Assembly (NCBI GenBank): GCA_963704755.1
Contig: OY969938.1
Location: 1,620,001 to 1,652,000, forward strand
Source: an uncultured Chloroflexia bacterium
Lineage (GTDB): Bacteria > Chloroflexota > Anaerolineae > Anaerolineales > Anaerolineaceae
Direction: 5' to 3'
DNA: 32,000 nt
The position numbers and the translations under genes were made by a program. The notes under the pieces were generated by a model, which was given only the letters and a program-made list of their open reading frames with translations, made no database searches and was not told the DNA's origin. Below, in pieces: positions 8,577 through 16,555 of this stretch (positions within the stretch are counted from its first letter, which is position 1; each line of letters starts with the position of its first letter).

Positions 8577-10108
8577 TTTCCTTCCCTCTCAAGAGGCACA
8601 TCCTCGACGACGCTTGCCTTTACCAACTCAGTATTCAGTTGCTTTACCGAAACATTTTCCTGGGTAAACTCGTCGATAATCTTCCCATTTCGCATAAGAA
8701 GCACACGATGGCAGGTATGGATCAATTCCGGAATATCATCAGAGATCATCAATATGCCCAGCCCTTGCTTGGCCAGGTCTCGGATCAGCTCGTGGATCTC
8801 GGCTTTTGAGCCGACGTCAACCCCCACCGTGGGATTGTTGAGGATCAATATCTTCGGATTGCTGGCCAGCCATTTTGCCAGCACTACGCGTTGTTGGTTT
8901 CCGCCTGACAAGTTCTTGACCGGTAACTCACCCGAAGGTGTTTTGAGCTCAAGCGTCTTGATCCATTGCTCGCTGGTGTCGCTCACCTTTTTGTTATCGA
9001 CAAAGTGAAACTTATCCTTCATGCGATCGATGATTCCAATAACGATATTATTGGCTATGGAGTGATCGAGGAACAGCCCTTCGCGGACACGGTCTTCCGG
9101 CACAAAACCAATTCCCTCGCGCACAGCATCGGCAACATTTTTGATAAAAACTTCTTTGCCGTCAATAAAAATCTTCCCAGAATCGACCGGCAGTTCCCCA
9201 AACAGAGCCAGGGCAAGATCAGTTCTGCCTGAACCGAGCAAACCGGTGATTCCTAAAACCTCTCCCGGTTTAAGCTCGAAGTTGATCCCGAAAAAGCCAT
9301 GAGCCAGGTTCAGATCTTCCACCTTTAACAACGGTTTGGAATTTTTATCTACTTTGTTGAATTGGATGACATCTTCAGCGATTGCATGCCCCGTCATGTA
9401 AAATTCCATCTTTTTGACGTCCAATTCATTCGCGTTTTTATCCACCACTTTTTGTCCGTTGCGAAAAATGATCGTACGGTCCGAAATCGCAGAAACCTCG
9501 TCCAGTTTGTGGCTGACGAACAGCGTAGAAATACCTTGATCCTTTAAATCGCTAATCAATTTAATTAGAGAATTGACTTCTTTCTGCGTCAAAGCCGTGG
9601 TGGGCTCATCCATAACGATAATTTTTGCGTCTGCCAAAAGGGCTTTAACAATGGCGATCAACTGTCGCTCTGCTGTGGATAATGAAGAAACAATTGCGTC
9701 GAGCGGCAAAGACACATTGATCCGCGCCAATCCCTTGGCTGCCGTTTCGTTTATCTTTTTCCAATCGATGAACCGGGCCCCTTCCGCCAACTGCTCATTA
9801 ATCGCAACGTTTTCAGCAATTGTCAAATTCGGGAATAATGAGAAATCCTGGTAAATAACCTGAATGCCTTCGTGAATCAATTCGATGGGGGTCAGTTTTT
9901 TGTAGGGATTGCCGTTAATAAAAATGTTACCCTTGTCCGGTGCATAAACTCCAGAGATCACCTTTATCAGAGTCGATTTTCCCGATCCATTCTCTCCGAC
10001 AAGACAGCATATTTCTCCTTTATGGAGAGATAAACTGACGTTATCCAGCGCGACGACGCCCCCAAACCTTTTTTCGATATTTTCGACACGTAAGATTTCT
10101 TCATCCAT
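8573..10108 (-). CDS. sugar ABC transporter ATP-binding protein, duplicated ATPase domains (RbsA/MglA-type)
   Basis: Walker A GENGSGKST, Walker B IIVMDEPT, and a second domain with GLLGSGRTD, LSGGNQQRVVLAKWL and LILNNPTVGVDVG. Confidence 0.93.
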   Translation of the reverse strand: MDEEILRVENIEKRFGGVVALDNVSLSLHKGEICCLVGENGSGKSTLIKVISGVYAPDKGNIFINGNPYKKLTPIELIHEGIQVIYQDFSLFPNLTIAENVAINEQLAEGARFIDWKKINETAAKGLARINVSLPLDAIVSSLSTAERQLIAIVKALLADAKIIVMDEPTTALTQKEVNSLIKLISDLKDQGISTLFVSHKLDEVSAISDRTIIFRNGQKVVDKNANELDVKKMEFYMTGHAIAEDVIQFNKVDKNSKPLLKVEDLNLAHGFFGINFELKPGEVLGITGLLGSGRTDLALALFGELPVDSGKIFIDGKEVFIKNVADAVREGIGFVPEDRVREGLFLDHSIANNIVIGIIDRMKDKFHFVDNKKVSDTSEQWIKTLELKTPSGELPVKNLSGGNQQRVVLAKWLASNPKILILNNPTVGVDVGSKAEIHELIRDLAKQGLGILMISDDIPELIHTCHRVLLMRNGKIIDEFTQENVSVKQLNTELVKASVVEDVPLEREGK

Positions 10109-10136
10109 AAATTTATGCCCTCTGCCAGGAACTTTC

Positions 10137-10168
10137 CTTTGGGCGGCCGTGTCGACGGCCGCCCAAAG
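10137..10168 (-). promoter_or_regulatory. intercistronic hairpin between the solute-binding-protein and ATPase genes (13-bp GC-rich stem CTTTGGGCGGCCG / CGGCCGCCCAAAG, 6-nt loop)
   Basis: An exact inverted repeat read directly. It lies 19 nt after the solute-binding-protein stop and 29 nt before the ATPase start. Confidence 0.6.
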
Positions 10169-10186
10169 AGTTGACTTTAACCTTGC

Positions 10187-11281
10187 CTAGAAATCGTACT
10201 GGTCCATATTATCTTTATCGATCTCGATCCACGCTGAACCGATAATAACCGGCACGCCGTTCGGGCCAGTTGTCAGCTTGATTTGGTTATAACCATTTAC
10301 CCCCAGGTCCATACCATCTGTAATCGGTTCGCCTTGCAGCACTTTCAGCGCAACCACGTCCGCCGCATAGCCGGCATCCGCGGGGTCCCAGCCCATCGCC
10401 AGGTCAACAGCACCTGTCTGGAGCAGCTCACCGGCATAGGATACAATGCTGGTACCCACTACAGCGGTCGTGTCCTGAAGCCCGGCTTCCTGAATGGCCT
10501 GGCCGGCGCCCACAATATCGCCACCTGCCGAACCCATCACACCCTTAATATCAGGATAGGTCTTCAACACGTCTTTCATGATGTTTGTTGCGGTGGGGAT
10601 GTCTTCTTTGGATTCGTAACGATCAACGAATTCCATATCGGGATAATTCTCTTCCGCGTAAGTCTTGGCGCAGTCCATCCAGGTTACGTGAGAGGCATTG
10701 GTCAGCGAACCAACGAACTGGATATATTTGCCTTCGCCATCCATCCGCGTTGCGAGCTGCTTCATCATTTCCTCGCCGTAAGCGCAATCGTCAAAGGCTT
10801 CCAGGTCATAGTTCATTGTGCCGGCATGAGCGGTTGAGGCTTCCTGGCCGACGACAACAATACCGGCATCCATAGCCTTTTTCATAGCCGGTTCGTTTTC
10901 GGGTACACCGTAAGGATCAACGCCAATCGCATCCACACCCTGGGCGATTGCATCTTCGATCATCCCTACCTGTGCTGCCAAATCGGCAGTAGAGGGACCA
11001 TCGATGTACGCTTTCATACCGGTATCTTTAGAAAATTGGTCAATTCCCGTACCCATGCGCGTAAACCAATTGAAGGCAATCGATTTCACGATGGTAGGCA
11101 TTACATATTGTTTCGCGGGCGGTTCAGTCGCAGCCGGCTCAACAGCGGCAGATGTATTTTCAACGGCAGGGGCCGCCGTTGAAGCAGCGGTAGGCGCTTC
11201 GGCCGTAGCTTGTGGCGCACAAGCCGTAACCATTGCACCGATTAAAATAATCGTCACGACAAGAAGCAAAAACTTTTTCAT
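10187..11281 (-). CDS. sugar ABC transporter substrate-binding lipoprotein (type I periplasmic-binding fold, LsrB/RhaS-like)
   Basis: Signal peptide plus lipobox (LIGAMVTAC), a long Ala/Thr/Pro/Glu tether, then PBP-type-I text (..QGVDAIGVDP.., ..GWDPADAGYA..). GAGGAG precedes ATG 11281. Confidence 0.88.
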   Translation of the reverse strand: MKKFLLLVVTIILIGAMVTACAPQATAEAPTAASTAAPAVENTSAAVEPAATEPPAKQYVMPTIVKSIAFNWFTRMGTGIDQFSKDTGMKAYIDGPSTADLAAQVGMIEDAIAQGVDAIGVDPYGVPENEPAMKKAMDAGIVVVGQEASTAHAGTMNYDLEAFDDCAYGEEMMKQLATRMDGEGKYIQFVGSLTNASHVTWMDCAKTYAEENYPDMEFVDRYESKEDIPTATNIMKDVLKTYPDIKGVMGSAGGDIVGAGQAIQEAGLQDTTAVVGTSIVSYAGELLQTGAVDLAMGWDPADAGYAADVVALKVLQGEPITDGMDLGVNGYNQIKLTTGPNGVPVIIGSAWIEIDKDNMDQYDF

Positions 11282-11325
11282 TTAGTTTCTCCTCAAAGGA
11301 TATCGGGATCTCCACTTCCATCAAA

Positions 11326-11355
11326 AACATAGACTTTTATGCTGTGACCAGTCAA
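11326..11355 (-). promoter_or_regulatory. candidate sigma70-type promoter of the locus-1 transport operon (TTGACT-18-TATGTT)
   Basis: The minus strand reads ggaggTTGACTggtcacagcataaaagtcTATGTTtttga, about 45 nt upstream of ATG 11281. Confidence 0.5.
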
Positions 11356-11427
11356 CCTCCTTTCAAACTTCTAAATAAATATCTTCGGCTTTCCCATTTC
11401 GCAAAATACTTTCGGAGAATTGCCGGT

Positions 11428-11456
11428 AAAAGAAAAAAGAGGAACCACACCGTTCC
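11428..11456 (-). terminator. weak intrinsic-terminator candidate after the locus-1 deoR-type gene
   Basis: The minus strand reads GGAAC-ggtgtg-GTTCC followed by TCTTTTTTCTTTT. The stem is only 5 bp, so confidence is low. Confidence 0.3.
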
Positions 11457-11482
11457 GGTTTTTGGCCTTGATTTACAGGCAG

Positions 11483-12301
11483 CTACCGGTTGGTATTTTC
11501 TTCCCCTTTATCTGAAGAATCATTGTCGCCTTCATTTTTAATCATCAGAAGCACTCCGGCTTTTTCCAGGGCTTCATTTAAAAGGGCTGTCGGCTGTTGT
11601 GTGGTTATCAACATGTGAGCGGCGTTCAAAGGCGCCACACTGGCAAAGGCAACCTTTTCGAATTTGCTGGGGTCGGCAATCAGAACAACTTCTTTGGCGC
11701 TCTTCACCATCGCCTGTTTGACCAGGGCATCATCCCAGTTGTATTCCGTCAAGCCATTGCGCGAATGAATAGCCCCTACACCCAGAAAAAGGCGATCCAC
11801 AAATAGGCCTTCGAACGCCCGTTGGGCCAGGTCGCCTGTGAGCGAAAGTTCACCATGACGGACGATTCCTCCAGGTAGTATCAGGCGAATATCGGGCTGG
11901 TTGGCCAGCACATTGGCGATTTTTAAACTGGGTGTGATCACGGTCAGATTATGGCGGCCGATGAGATTGATGGCTACCTGCAGCGCCGTCGAACCGATAT
12001 CCAGGGCAATGCTATCTCCATCGCTCACAAGTTCGGCGGCCAGTTTACCGATCAATGCTTTTTCCTCACGATGTTGTGATTCACGTAAGAGCAGAGAGGG
12101 TTCGAAACTGCGACCGCGTGAACTAACGGCGCCGCCGTGGACGCGGCGGATCACGCCTTCTTTTTCGAGATCGGCCAGGTCACGCCGAATGGTCATTTCC
12201 GATACATTCAGCCGGTGAGTAAGGTCAATGACGCTCACCGATCCGCGATCTTCGACCTCTTTTAAGATAAATGCGATTCTGTCTTCAGATAGCATGGTCA
12301 C
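11483..12301 (-). CDS. DeoR/GlpR-family transcriptional regulator (locus 1)
   Basis: N-terminal HTH EDRIAFILKEVEDRGSVSVIDLTHRLNVSEMTIRRDLADLEKEGVIRRVHGGA plus a DeoR C-terminal sugar-phosphate-binding domain. The start is GTG 12301 or ATG 12295. Confidence 0.92.
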   Translation of the reverse strand: MTMLSEDRIAFILKEVEDRGSVSVIDLTHRLNVSEMTIRRDLADLEKEGVIRRVHGGAVSSRGRSFEPSLLLRESQHREEKALIGKLAAELVSDGDSIALDIGSTALQVAINLIGRHNLTVITPSLKIANVLANQPDIRLILPGGIVRHGELSLTGDLAQRAFEGLFVDRLFLGVGAIHSRNGLTEYNWDDALVKQAMVKSAKEVVLIADPSKFEKVAFASVAPLNAAHMLITTQQPTALLNEALEKAGVLLMIKNEGDNDSSDKGEENTNR

Positions 12302-12341
12302 TCTTATTCACTTGTCCATTTTTTTGGTGGGTTATGTTCGT

Positions 12342-12371
12342 ATTATACATATAACATGTTCGTTAAGTCAA
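12342..12371 (-). promoter_or_regulatory. near-consensus sigma70-type promoter of the locus-1 deoR gene (TTGACT-18-TATAAT) with ACGAACAT direct repeats
   Basis: The minus strand reads TTGACTtaACGAACATgttatatgTATAATACGAACATaac. One repeat copy lies in the spacer and one directly follows the -10. Confidence 0.55.
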
Positions 12372-12656
12372 TAAAATAGCGGAAATTCGCCCAGAATCAA
12401 CCAACAAAAAACAATTTCACACAATTCAATAGCCCACCTGCGCTTTATTCGAACCAACCAGGCGGCCCAAACACAATCCAAATATAAAGTTTCCCCCTGA
12501 AAATCAACCGATGCCTCGAAAAGGGCTGATTTGTGTAACCCTTAGATTGGAGTTTGGCCGATCGGTCAATCGTAGTTGCAGAATAATGGCCTTGATTTAT
12601 GGGCATGACGGACCGGTTTTAGATTCCGAATTATTATTTGAAAACCGGGTTCAATT

Positions 12657-12833
12657 ATGAAGTTCGTTGGTTGGAAATCGCTTCGAAAGGGAATGACCGG
12701 CAAACAAGTTGCAAACCGGCTTGTGATGAACACACGTGCTGTCAATGCCCACCTTACATCAATATTTGCAGAGATAGAAGTAAATTCAAGGGCAGCAGCG
12801 ATTGCTTTTGCCCATTTAAAAGGCCTTGTATAA
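12657..12833 (+). pseudogene. remnant of a LuxR/GerE-type HTH (58-aa ORF; upstream parts of the domain lie in other frames)
   Basis: ORF ...KGMTGKQVANRLVMNTRAVNAHLTSIFAEIEVNSRAAAIAFAHLKGLV matches the GerE helix-turn-helix pattern. The preceding helix (YEVRWLEIASKG) is in the frame of track ORF 12638..13087. There is no receiver or ligand domain upstream. Confidence 0.45.
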
Positions 12834-12866
12834 TTTTTGCAGCAGTTCATTTGAAACTGCTAAATA

Positions 12867-12900
12867 TTCACACGAGCCAGGCAAGCCTGGCTCGTGTGAA
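12867..12900. terminator. perfect hairpin between convergent genes (TTCACACGAGCCAGGC / GCCTGGCTCGTGTGAA)
   Basis: An exact 15-16-bp inverted repeat between the HTH remnant (+) and the OsmC gene (-). No clear U-tracts on either side. Confidence 0.55.
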
Positions 12901-12917
12901 TGTACGTCCCGTAAAAC

Positions 12918-13316
12918 CTACCCGGTTACCTGGGTATAAATCTCTATTTTCGGGGGATTTTCCAGGTGCTTTTTCACCGCACACAGTTGAGCAGAACGCA
13001 CCAGGGAGTCGTAATATTTCTCCGGGAAATCGGGTGGGACCTGGATTTCCAGGTCGATCTTTTCGGTCATATGAGTTTCTGCGTTGACACGGACATGTTC
13101 GATGATTTGAATGCCTTCCGCGGGAATATCCCGGCTGCGGCAAAATTTGATGACATAATAACCGGCACAGGTACCAATGGCTGAAAGAAAATAATCGAAC
13201 GGGGTCGGAGCGGTCCCCTCGCCACCCTTTGCCAGGGGCTGATCGGTGGATATATGCGTTGTTTCCAGGGCTGCATCTACCCGCACGCCCCCTGGGAAGG
13301 TGATTTTGATATCCAT
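12918..13316 (-). CDS. OsmC/Ohr-family protein
   Basis: 132 aa; ..GGEGTAPTPFDYFLSAIGTCAG.. and ..SAQLCAVKKHL.. carry the two conserved Cys regions of OsmC-like proteins. AAGGAA precedes ATG 13316. Confidence 0.85.
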   Translation of the reverse strand: MDIKITFPGGVRVDAALETTHISTDQPLAKGGEGTAPTPFDYFLSAIGTCAGYYVIKFCRSRDIPAEGIQIIEHVRVNAETHMTEKIDLEIQVPPDFPEKYYDSLVRSAQLCAVKKHLENPPKIEIYTQVTG

Positions 13317-13412
13317 TGATGCAATTTCCTTATCGCAAATTTGTTTCCATAAGGGGTTATGACGCAGATCCGCCGCTTACAAGTGCATCCGCGCCAATTC
13401 ATTTAGCCGCAC

Positions 13413-14285
13413 TCACGCCGGTAAATAATCCAATGTAGAAAGTATTTCCTGCATCGCATTCCAGGATTCGAGCACGCCGCCGGCCTTGGTCCCATCCTGT
13501 CCCAGGAAGTGAGGTTCCACGCTCACCGCGCCTTCGTATTTTCGCTGGATCAATTCTCGGAAAATGATGTTCCAGGGAATAATCCCCTGGCCCAGGGCCA
13601 GGTATTGGCGCGAGCCATCCGGCTTTAGCAGAATATCCTTGGCGTGTACATGCGCCAACAGCGGCAGCATGGCCGGCATAGACTGAATGCAGTCCGGCTC
13701 GCCGGCCCGCACGCTCCCGGCCGGGTCCCACAACAGGCGGAAGGCCGGCGAATCAACGGTTGCTACCAACCTGGCCGCGTGACCGCCCCACCCAAACGAA
13801 GTATGCGGACAGGTCTCCATCGCCAGCACCACCCCGGCTTCTTTGGCCATTTCGGCCGGCTTCAGAAATCTTTTCGCGGCCCGCTCAAACAATTCGTCGG
13901 TGGGGCTGCCTTCATTATGGAAGCCAAAAACGCGGATCAACGGAGCGCCTAAAATTTTAGCCGACCGAATTGCCTGTTGGAGCGTTTTGAGATGGTAAGC
14001 ATAGTCGCCGGCAACGGCGTCAAAACCCCTTACCTCGGGTGCAATATCGGAGCGATCTTCCAGGTAACAGCGCAAGAATAAGGTGGATGCAATACACGAT
14101 ACTTTAAGGCCCTGGCCTTTAATTAGTTGGTTCAACCGCATTAATTCACCGTCATCCAGGGTTTCAATATTCTTGCCCCAAACACCGTGGATTTCAACTT
14201 CATCGAACCCATTCGTTTTGGCAAATTCGAGAGCTTGTTCAATGTCGTTGGAGATTTCGATGTTGATTACACTCTTTTTGAACAT
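13413..14285 (-). CDS. sugar phosphate isomerase/epimerase (xylose-isomerase-like TIM barrel)
   Basis: 290 aa; ..GFDEVEIHG.., ..LKVSCIAS.., ..VLAMETCPH.., ..WDPAG.., ..HVHAKD.. match the AP-endonuclease-2/xylose-isomerase-like TIM pattern. AGGAG lies 5 nt before the ATG. Confidence 0.85.
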   Translation of the reverse strand: MFKKSVINIEISNDIEQALEFAKTNGFDEVEIHGVWGKNIETLDDGELMRLNQLIKGQGLKVSCIASTLFLRCYLEDRSDIAPEVRGFDAVAGDYAYHLKTLQQAIRSAKILGAPLIRVFGFHNEGSPTDELFERAAKRFLKPAEMAKEAGVVLAMETCPHTSFGWGGHAARLVATVDSPAFRLLWDPAGSVRAGEPDCIQSMPAMLPLLAHVHAKDILLKPDGSRQYLALGQGIIPWNIIFRELIQRKYEGAVSVEPHFLGQDGTKAGGVLESWNAMQEILSTLDYLPA

Positions 14286-14490
14286 AAATACTCCTTATCC
14301 ATAAATTCCAACTGAGGTGTTTCGATTTTTCTTTTCGACAGCCATCGCCATCTACGGTCCTTCTCCTGGCATTTCCCCGTTTTCAGTGTCCTGACAGGCC
14401 AAACCGTATTTCTGGTGGAAGTCGAAGAATTTTTGTAAACCATCGTCGTTCGCCCGCAGGCCGGTATCGATGCGAGCGTAAAGCGGAACA

Positions 14491-15447
14491 TCACGTCAGC
14501 CTGGTAAACTGGGCAGTTTTTAAACCCGTTTCATACTTACTCATATCCAGCCAGCCAGAAATCCGGTGGTGAGCATTGGCAGTACCGGCCGCCGCACCGG
14601 CGATCAAAATATTTTGCCAGGTTTCACCCTGGGCCCACTTAACGGCCATCGCGGCCAGAAATGAATCTCCACTTCCCACCGGCCAAAGGCCTTTGTCATC
14701 GATATTCACATAATAAAATTCGGAATCCCGCGCGCCAACAGCGCCCTGGTCTCCCATAGTGATCACACAGGCCTGGATCCCCTGGGTCAAGAGCTGTTTG
14801 CAAGCCTTGATCGCATCCTCGATCGTTTCAATACATTCACCCAGATAATTACTGGCCTCATTGTTATTGATTTTGACGACGGTAGGCCTGGCGGTTAATA
14901 AATACCCAAGCGAGTCGCCCGTAGAATCGACGAAGCTGGGAACGCCTGCATCCCGGAACATTTTTACCAGGACCACGATTTCTTCTTTTTCAATTCCGGG
15001 GGGCATTCCCCCGGCAATAATCGCAGCTCCAAACTTCGTGTCACTTCGAATTTGTTCCTGGATCAATTCCACATAAGCGGCCCACTCTTGGGGCGTTATT
15101 TTGCTCCATTGTTCGGATAAATGAGTCGAAACCTGGCTGGTTTCATCCCAGATTTCGGTATATTGGCGGGTCTCGCTTTCGGTGCGAATCGCCAACAAAT
15201 CGATACCCTCTTTTTGGGCATACTCAAGAATCGCATTCCCGCGTTGCCCGCCCAGGGCACAAATGACCAATGGGTTGCCGCCGACATGCTGAATTGCCCT
15301 GGCGCCATTGATGCTTTTGCCCCCTGCCCGGTCTGCGTACTGAACGCAACGATTAATTTTTTCCAATTCAAAATTCGTAACCGTTAAATAATGATCGAGC
15401 GCAGGTGTAAGGGATATACACAAAATGTTTGGTTTGGTTGAATTCAT
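14491..15447 (-). CDS. PfkB-family hexose-phosphate kinase (1-phosphofructokinase / tagatose-6-phosphate kinase subfamily)
   Basis: N-terminus ILCISLTPALDHYLTV, AGGKSINGARAI (the GGKG-type motif), and C-terminal PVGSGDSFLAAM (the DTxGAGD-type motif). Confidence 0.88.
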   Translation of the reverse strand: MNSTKPNILCISLTPALDHYLTVTNFELEKINRCVQYADRAGGKSINGARAIQHVGGNPLVICALGGQRGNAILEYAQKEGIDLLAIRTESETRQYTEIWDETSQVSTHLSEQWSKITPQEWAAYVELIQEQIRSDTKFGAAIIAGGMPPGIEKEEIVVLVKMFRDAGVPSFVDSTGDSLGYLLTARPTVVKINNNEASNYLGECIETIEDAIKACKQLLTQGIQACVITMGDQGAVGARDSEFYYVNIDDKGLWPVGSGDSFLAAMAVKWAQGETWQNILIAGAAAGTANAHHRISGWLDMSKYETGLKTAQFTRLT

Positions 15448-15544
15448 CTATAGAAAATCCTCATAGCATAGATTTCAATTTCTTGAAACTATTTCCTCCT
15501 CGTCCCCAGCCTTGCAATAAGAAGACGTAGATCAACGAATAAGC

Positions 15545-16555
15545 CTAGATATTCGTATTCTCTCTCTTGAAAATCACGTTCATCAAAACCGCGGTCAGGA
15601 TCAGGACACCCCGTACGATCCCTTGGGATTGCGAATTTACACCCATCAAGACCAATCCATTCCCAATGACGGATGTGAACAGCACACCAATCAACGACCC
15701 GAGCATCCCGCCCCGCCCACCGGTGAGCGAAGTGCCGCCAATGACCACCGCGGCGATTGCCGAAAATTCCAAACCATCGGCGACTGCCCCGGTAGAAACA
15801 CCAAGCCGTGAACAGTACAACAAACCGGTTAGCGCAGCCAAAAAGCCGTTGATCCCAAATATCGAGGCGCGCACGATTTTTAGATTGACGCCAGATGCGA
15901 ACGCGGCTTTGGCATTACCGCCAATGGTGTAGATGGACCGGCCGTAAATTGTGTTTTTGGCAATATAGGTAAAAACTAACAACAAGACAAAAGCAATGAT
16001 CACCAGGTACGGTATACCCGCCACGCTTCCGGAAGCAATATCCGTAAAACCCGCCGGCGCCTTGTCGAGCGGAATGGGAATATTGTTAGAAAGCACTTGT
16101 TTTAAGCCATCGTAAATGCTGAACAACGCCAATGTGGTTACAAATGAAGGTACGTTGAAGCGCGCCCGGAGATAACCGCCCCCAAAAGACACCAGGGTTG
16201 TGGTTAGCAGAACCAGTAATACCGAAACCATGAAGGGAAAATTATGCCGTGTGGTGAGCCAGCCCAGCAGAACCGCGCTAAACCCTGTGGCCATACCCAC
16301 ACTGACATCAATTTCGCCCGCGATGATCACCAGGGTCATGCCCCAGGTCACGATCCCCAGAAAAGCGGCCGACCGCAGAACATTGATAAGGTTTGGGGAA
16401 GTCAGAAACGCCTTGTTTTGTGAAGCAAAAAAGGCCCCGAGAGCAAAAAGTGCGATCAGCAGGCTGATAATGTTGAGATTTTGCTGGACAAACCCCTTAA
16501 ATCCCGAAAAATATTTACCGTTCGCAGAAGTACCTTGATTCACGCTATCGCTCAT
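15545..16555 (-). CDS. sugar ABC transporter permease (RbsC-type; the only permease gene in locus 2)
   Basis: Polytopic protein with GEIDVSVGMA and GGTSLTGGRGGMLGS. ATGA overlap with the ATPase stop at 16552..16555. Confidence 0.9.
   Translation of the reverse strand: MSDSVNQGTSANGKYFSGFKGFVQQNLNIISLLIALFALGAFFASQNKAFLTSPNLINVLRSAAFLGIVTWGMTLVIIAGEIDVSVGMATGFSAVLLGWLTTRHNFPFMVSVLLVLLTTTLVSFGGGYLRARFNVPSFVTTLALFSIYDGLKQVLSNNIPIPLDKAPAGFTDIASGSVAGIPYLVIIAFVLLLVFTYIAKNTIYGRSIYTIGGNAKAAFASGVNLKIVRASIFGINGFLAALTGLLYCSRLGVSTGAVADGLEFSAIAAVVIGGTSLTGGRGGMLGSLIGVLFTSVIGNGLVLMGVNSQSQGIVRGVLILTAVLMNVIFKRENTNI

Noticed and set aside
14286-14490. A 205-bp spacer inside the locus-2 minus operon contains a protein-like frame (VPLYARIDTGLRANDDGLQKFFDFHQKYGLACQDTENGEMPGEGP). 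The track ORF 14267..14494 also lies here.
   Set aside because: That frame is closed by the kinase TGA two codons upstream and has no ATG or GTG start; its only start-type codon is a late TTG leaving about 13 codons, with no SD. The 75-aa track ORF has poor composition. It may be a gene relic, but I cannot support a feature. TBLASTX of this spacer would settle it.
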